DNA of 63,380 nt, counting the filler, from Folioceros fuciformis (Eukaryota), in the NCBI GenBank assembly GCA_049999805.1. It is 19 parts of 19 records of this genome, joined end to end, with 100 filler letters (N's around TTAATTAATTAA, not from the genome) between each part and the next. Parts side by side here need not be neighbours in the genome. Positions count along the whole stretch, not along the records: positions 52,915 to 59,589 come from JBNGIO010006866.1; positions 59,690 to 60,776 come from JBNGIO010006867.1; positions 60,877 to 63,380 come from JBNGIO010006868.1; 16 more parts are not named here. One strand, 5' to 3'. The position numbers and the translations under genes are program-made. Shown here in pieces: positions 59,233 to 63,380 of this stretch (position 1 is its first letter; every line of letters starts with the position of its first letter). Under the pieces are notes generated by a model. It was not told the origin of the DNA, did not search any database, and saw nothing but the letters and a program-made list of their open reading frames with translations.

Positions 59233-59689
59233 GGTCAGGAAGCTTAACAGCTGGGTGCAGGCAAACGCGAAGAGCTGTATTTACGCGATGAGGGCAGCAA
59301 CGTTGGTGACCATCCTTAAGAGCTGCTGAGATTCCTGTCCAGGACTGAAGATGGATGATTGATCCCCAACAACCGTGTACCGAGCATGCATGCGAGCCTC
59401 GTGGTGGCCTTTTCGCTTCGCGCAGCGCTTCCCCGTGGTTTTTTTTCGCGTTAATGATCTGCATGAAGGTTCACTAGGCTTACTGTGTTTAGTTTAAGAG
59501 GGGGTGTTAAAAGGTGAATGGCTTTAATTAAACCTAACACATAGGTTAAACCACTTAGGGTTGCCATATGAACAGACACGCAAACAGTANNNNNNNNNNN
59601 NNNNNNNNNNNNNNNNNNNNNNNNNNNNNNNNNTTAATTAATTAANNNNNNNNNNNNNNNNNNNNNNNNNNNNNNNNNNNNNNNNNNNN

Positions 59690-60776
59690 ATCGTACTCCA
59701 TCACAGGAGCAAAAGACTGCTCACAAGCATTGGACTAAGAGAGCATGTAAAGTGTTACACTGGCTCTCCTTAAGCATTTTAGATGCTATGGTCATATAGA
59801 TCACGGGATGTGAGTCTCCGAAGGATGCATGGGACATACTCATGAGGAACTATGGAAATGTCACACATGCTAGGAAAATCCAGTTGAAGCAGCAGTTCAA
59901 CAACTTGTCACGTGGTAGCAAATTCATACTCGTGTATACAACAGAGGTGAAGACCATAGCTGATCAGCTTGCTACAATCGGTGTAAGTGTGACGGAAGAT
60001 GACATGGTTGCAGTTACTCTGAACGGACTTGGCAAGGGGTACAAGTCCTTTGACACATCAATCTCTGTGAGAGTTGAGTTCCCAAGTTGGGATGAATTGG
60101 TTGCTTTGTTGCTACATGAGGAAGTTAAGCTTGGTCTGAACACAGGTTCAGGTATATCTCAAGGGAGAGACAATATTTTGTTTTCTAACCAGCGTGGGAG
60201 AGGCCACAGAGGTCGTGGTTCATTCCGAGGACGGGGTGATGCTCGGAACACGCAGAATTAGCAAGACAATTGGCGTGGAGGAAATGCGCAAGGCCAGAGA
60301 GAATCTGGAAGTTTTAGAGGCGTAGGCAGAGCCACAAGAGGAAGAGATGGTTCTTTTCAATCTCATGACCATTCCAATAGAGACAAGGACTGTTACTACT
60401 GTGGTAAGGTTGGTCATATTGCTAAGGACTGCTATAAGCAGCAAGCAGACATGAGAGGAAAAGGAAGGCAGCATGGGAACTATGCCTCCTCTAGTAATGC
60501 TGGACATGACTATGATAGGTTGTTCGCCATGCAACATCTCTCTGAACAGGATGGGTAGAATGATGAGAGATGGTACATTGATTTAGGAGCATCAAACCAC
60601 ATGACTCCGCATGGCGAGTGGTTTAACAAGATGGATGCAAGTCCCCATCGTCATGTGTGTACAGGAGATGACACACAACATGACATAAAGCACAGAGGAA
60701 TTGTTCCTCTTAGGATTCCGAATGGTCAACAGAAGAGTCTGCAAGATGTGTTGCATGTTCCAACCATTACGAAGAA
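59690..60776 (+). mobile_element. Degenerate Ty1/copia gag-protease fragment
   Basis: Gag DAWDIL...TLNGLGKGY; Zn knuckle CYYCGKVGHIAKDC; protease WYIDLGASNHMT; VLHVPTITK. In-frame TAG at 59797, 60259 and 60556. Confidence 0.9.
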
Positions 60777-60876
60777 NNNNNNNNNNNNNNNNNNNNNNNN
60801 NNNNNNNNNNNNNNNNNNNNTTAATTAATTAANNNNNNNNNNNNNNNNNNNNNNNNNNNNNNNNNNNNNNNNNNNN

Positions 60877-61420
60877 TCGTCCTTCTTCCCATCCTCCTTC
60901 TTGTAGCCGTCGTCCTTCTTCCCTTCAAACTTGGAGGATCCATCTTCTTTCTCTAGCTTGATGGACTGGGAGCGCGTATACATTCCGTTGCGGTAGCGGT
61001 GGAGGTCTCTCTCATCATCTTCCCCCACCCACTTATCCCATACATCTTCGGCGGCGTTCCACAGTCTCGGCTTCCCATCGTCATAGCGTCCCACCTGGCC
61101 GCGTTCATTGCTGGAGAGCAACTTCCTTGGACCACCATTTGACAAAACCTGCAAGAAAATCCACCCACCGATACCGCTCTCAGCAGGCGCGGCACCGATA
61201 CCCAGAACGCACTTGAGCGTGCTCCGATCGATAATCACACCAAAACGTGGATCCAAACTATTTGCAACTCACCCGGTCCGGAACTCCTCCAGAGCTCCAC
61301 GCGCTAATCGCCAGCAGCTACAATAAACACAGGACGACGTCGACAAAGCAAAGAGTCAATGCAACCAGCCATTGATTGACGAATGCTCACCATTACCACC
61401 CCCTGCATTGAATTTTCCAT
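60877..61420 (-). CDS. Possible small secreted protein with RKLL motif and K/E/D/G-rich tail, 3'-partial
   Basis: Tentative GT-AG model MENSMQGVVM|LLAISAWSSGGVPDR|VLSNGGPRKLLSS...GKKDDGYKKEDGKKD; last exon open to the contig end. Confidence 0.35.
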
Positions 61421-62274
61421 GTACACCAGCATCAAGCATCAAAGAGACTAACTTCATGAAGTAAGTCACTCACAGCGAGCAATAAGGCCAAGCCTGCTAC
61501 AGTTCTGCCCGAGAAAGCCATCGTCGATGCACCAATCGATTCCAGGTGGCTGACTCCAATGTGACTGATCTTTTCTTAGCTGTAGAAGACAAGCACGATG
61601 CACTCTCTGACAGGATTTGTCTGAAGACCTGAGCCCAGCAGTGACCCTTATATACACTGGTATCAGTGGACTTGATCCAGGATAACGTTCACATTTGCCA
61701 TCATGTCAACGGATGATAGCACAGCACGCAACACTTGTCCCCAATCTCCAGTTCTGATCCAGCAAGACACTGCCACATTCGCAGCCTTCGAAATCAGCGA
61801 ACAGATCACTCTCCGCAATGTCAGAGACCGCTTGCTTGGAAATGCCCAGCCCCATGGACTTTCAGTTACTAGGCTCCTCGTCTTCGAGAGCACTGAAGCA
61901 CGTGCCGAAATCAACTGCAGATGCATGTACAACTCACTTCCAACGGTATACAATGCGGCACCCTGAGCAAATGAATGCTGGCTCGCTCCATGCCTTCGAG
62001 AACCCTCCATCATGAGGCTCCATGGCCAAGGGCCCAAGGGTAACTAACGGACGGAACACTGAAGCGGACTCGCATATGTGGGAGCTGACGAATGAACAGC
62101 AGCCACGGGAGCTCTACACGTTTCGCGTTTTACGAGCTTCAACTCGCGTTTCATGAGACAAAAAAGAACGAGAGTGAGGAAGAGAAGGAGAGGCGTAGGG
62201 AAGTGTCAGCCCCACTCCTATTTCCTATTGGAGTGTTGGGATGAACCAATTTGCGAGGAGCGCAAGCTGAGGAG

Positions 62275-63380
62275 ATGGCACACGGGCAACCGTTTCCCTT
62301 GGCGGGGCAGACAGTTGCTCCAGATCCCAGCAGCTTGTGGGCCGGCTGCGTGCGCAAGCCTCCGTACCCGACCAATGCCGCCTGGCTGAACTACGTGCTC
62401 AATTCTGGAGATCAGCCTGAGTACATCCATCCCTTTCTGGTGCAATCGAGCTCGGGGGGCATCTCCATCTGCTACCCTTCCAGAGTAGTGCAGACTGCCT
62501 ACATCATTCAGGCCTTCCAGAAGGACTTCACGGTGTCCAGCAGGGAACGTGGGAGCGCAGCGCATGCGGTGTCGGAGTACGATGACCTGAGTGTGACGCT
62601 GGAGCTGGGGGATGGAGTCACGGTGCCTCTGGTCAGGGGCAGCCCGTACATCACCTGCCTGTTCCGCCGCAGCATGCCCTGCTTCTCCACGATTCATGGG
62701 GTGTTGGATGTTTGGACAGGCCAGGGCGGAACCAAGCACAAGGTGACGTGTAATAATGGGCAGGTCTGGGTGATATACTCCTCCAAGCCTCTCTATCTGT
62801 CCAGGGATTTGACCTGCAGCGAGCCCTTCAGCGGGGTGATCAGGATCTCGGTGCTGACGAGCCCGGATGCTGAGAGCATTTTGGATCGGTATCACAGGTG
62901 CTATCCCGTGAGGGGGAGAGCGGATTTCCCTGCCTGCTTTACGTTGCACTACCACTGGGAGACTGCGGGGTGGGGAGAGCTTCTCATGCTCAGCTTGCCT
63001 GTGCACCGCCAGATCCTCGCGAAGCCTGCCGGGGGAAGCAGAATTAGAGTCCAGCTTTTCAACAGCATCGATGGTCCCCTGCAGGGTGTGGTGGGTGACA
63101 TGTGGTTGCTGAAGGAGAAGGAAGTGCAGGCTAGCTGGTATGCCTCCAAGTGGGTCAGCACAGACGATCGGGCAGTGATAGCTGCTGCTCTTGAAAGCGA
63201 TGCGGATGCCCTGTCCGCGATCCAAGTCCCCTCCACTTACTTCCACGGAAAAGCCCTTGCCAGAGCTGCCAGGCTGGCTCTCATTGCTTCCGAGGTTTCG
63301 TGCCAGCATGTGCTGACGAAGGTCCAGGGATTTCTGAAAGAAGCCATTACCCCATGGCTAGTAGGAGAGTTTCAGGGGAA
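62275..63380 (+). CDS. Glycoside hydrolase family 81 endo-1,3(4)-beta-glucanase, 3'-partial
   Basis: Not in the ORF track because it runs off the window. Motifs PYPTNAAWLN, GDQPEYIHPF, YDDLSVT, LVRGSPYIT, NNGQVWVIYSS, LLMLSLPVH, SIDGPLQGVVGD, TYFHGKALARAARLALIA. Confidence 0.93.
   Translation, partial: MAHGQPFPLAGQTVAPDPSSLWAGCVRKPPYPTNAAWLNYVLNSGDQPEYIHPFLVQSSSGGISICYPSRVVQTAYIIQAFQKDFTVSSRERGSAAHAVSEYDDLSVTLELGDGVTVPLVRGSPYITCLFRRSMPCFSTIHGVLDVWTGQGGTKHKVTCNNGQVWVIYSSKPLYLSRDLTCSEPFSGVIRISVLTSPDAESILDRYHRCYPVRGRADFPACFTLHYHWETAGWGELLMLSLPVHRQILAKPAGGSRIRVQLFNSIDGPLQGVVGDMWLLKEKEVQASWYASKWVSTDDRAVIAAALESDADALSAIQVPSTYFHGKALARAARLALIASEVSCQHVLTKVQGFLKEAITPWLVGEFQG

Larger units (their letters stand above)
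52915..59589 (+). mobile_element. Near-full-length Ty1/copia LTR retrotransposon with accessory ORFs
   Basis: 5' LTR ends ...TCACA at 53037; tRNA-iMet PBS TGGTATCAGAGC at 53038-53049; gag-pol 54223-58674; PPT AAGAGGGGG then TG at 59505. 59543-59589 is identical to 52915-52961, giving a reconstructed LTR of ~161 bp. Confidence 0.96.

Noticed and set aside
62218-63309. 363-aa minus-strand ORF
   Set aside because: Antisense shadow of the GH81 gene on the + strand.

Overview
This is not one contiguous locus. It is 19 short, probably unlinked contigs joined by 18 identical 100-bp artificial linkers (N44-TTAATTAATTAA-N44). Most contigs are gene-dense nuclear DNA of a land plant with short introns (mostly 50-200 bp); a non-seed plant such as a hornwort or lycophyte is my inference. 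Recognisable genes: FTR variable subunit (3' end), an NPF6-like transporter, a secreted DUF26/Gnk2 protein, TOC75-III, F-box/kelch, R3H-SUZ protein, MHX-type exchanger, DUF1308/UPF0415, SKIP22/FBXO7-like F-box, NdhV/DUF2996, RPS25, SR45, INO80B/IES2, OEP24 and a GH81 glucanase. There are three Ty1/copia pieces, one nearly full length. One contig looks ascomycete (Zn2Cys6 gene with a TACTAAC intron). Most interesting: (1) the near-complete copia has an extra ORF before gag and an antisense ORF after pol with a RING-like Cys/His pattern when read through three TAG stops, and a second copia also has a Cys-containing antisense ORF after pol; (2) two tandem H/ACA-like RNAs in an SR45 intron; (3) a U51/snR39-type box C/D snoRNA in an RPS25 intron; (4) the fungal contig; (5) an NPF lacking the ExxER motif. 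All family calls come from motif recognition, not database searches.
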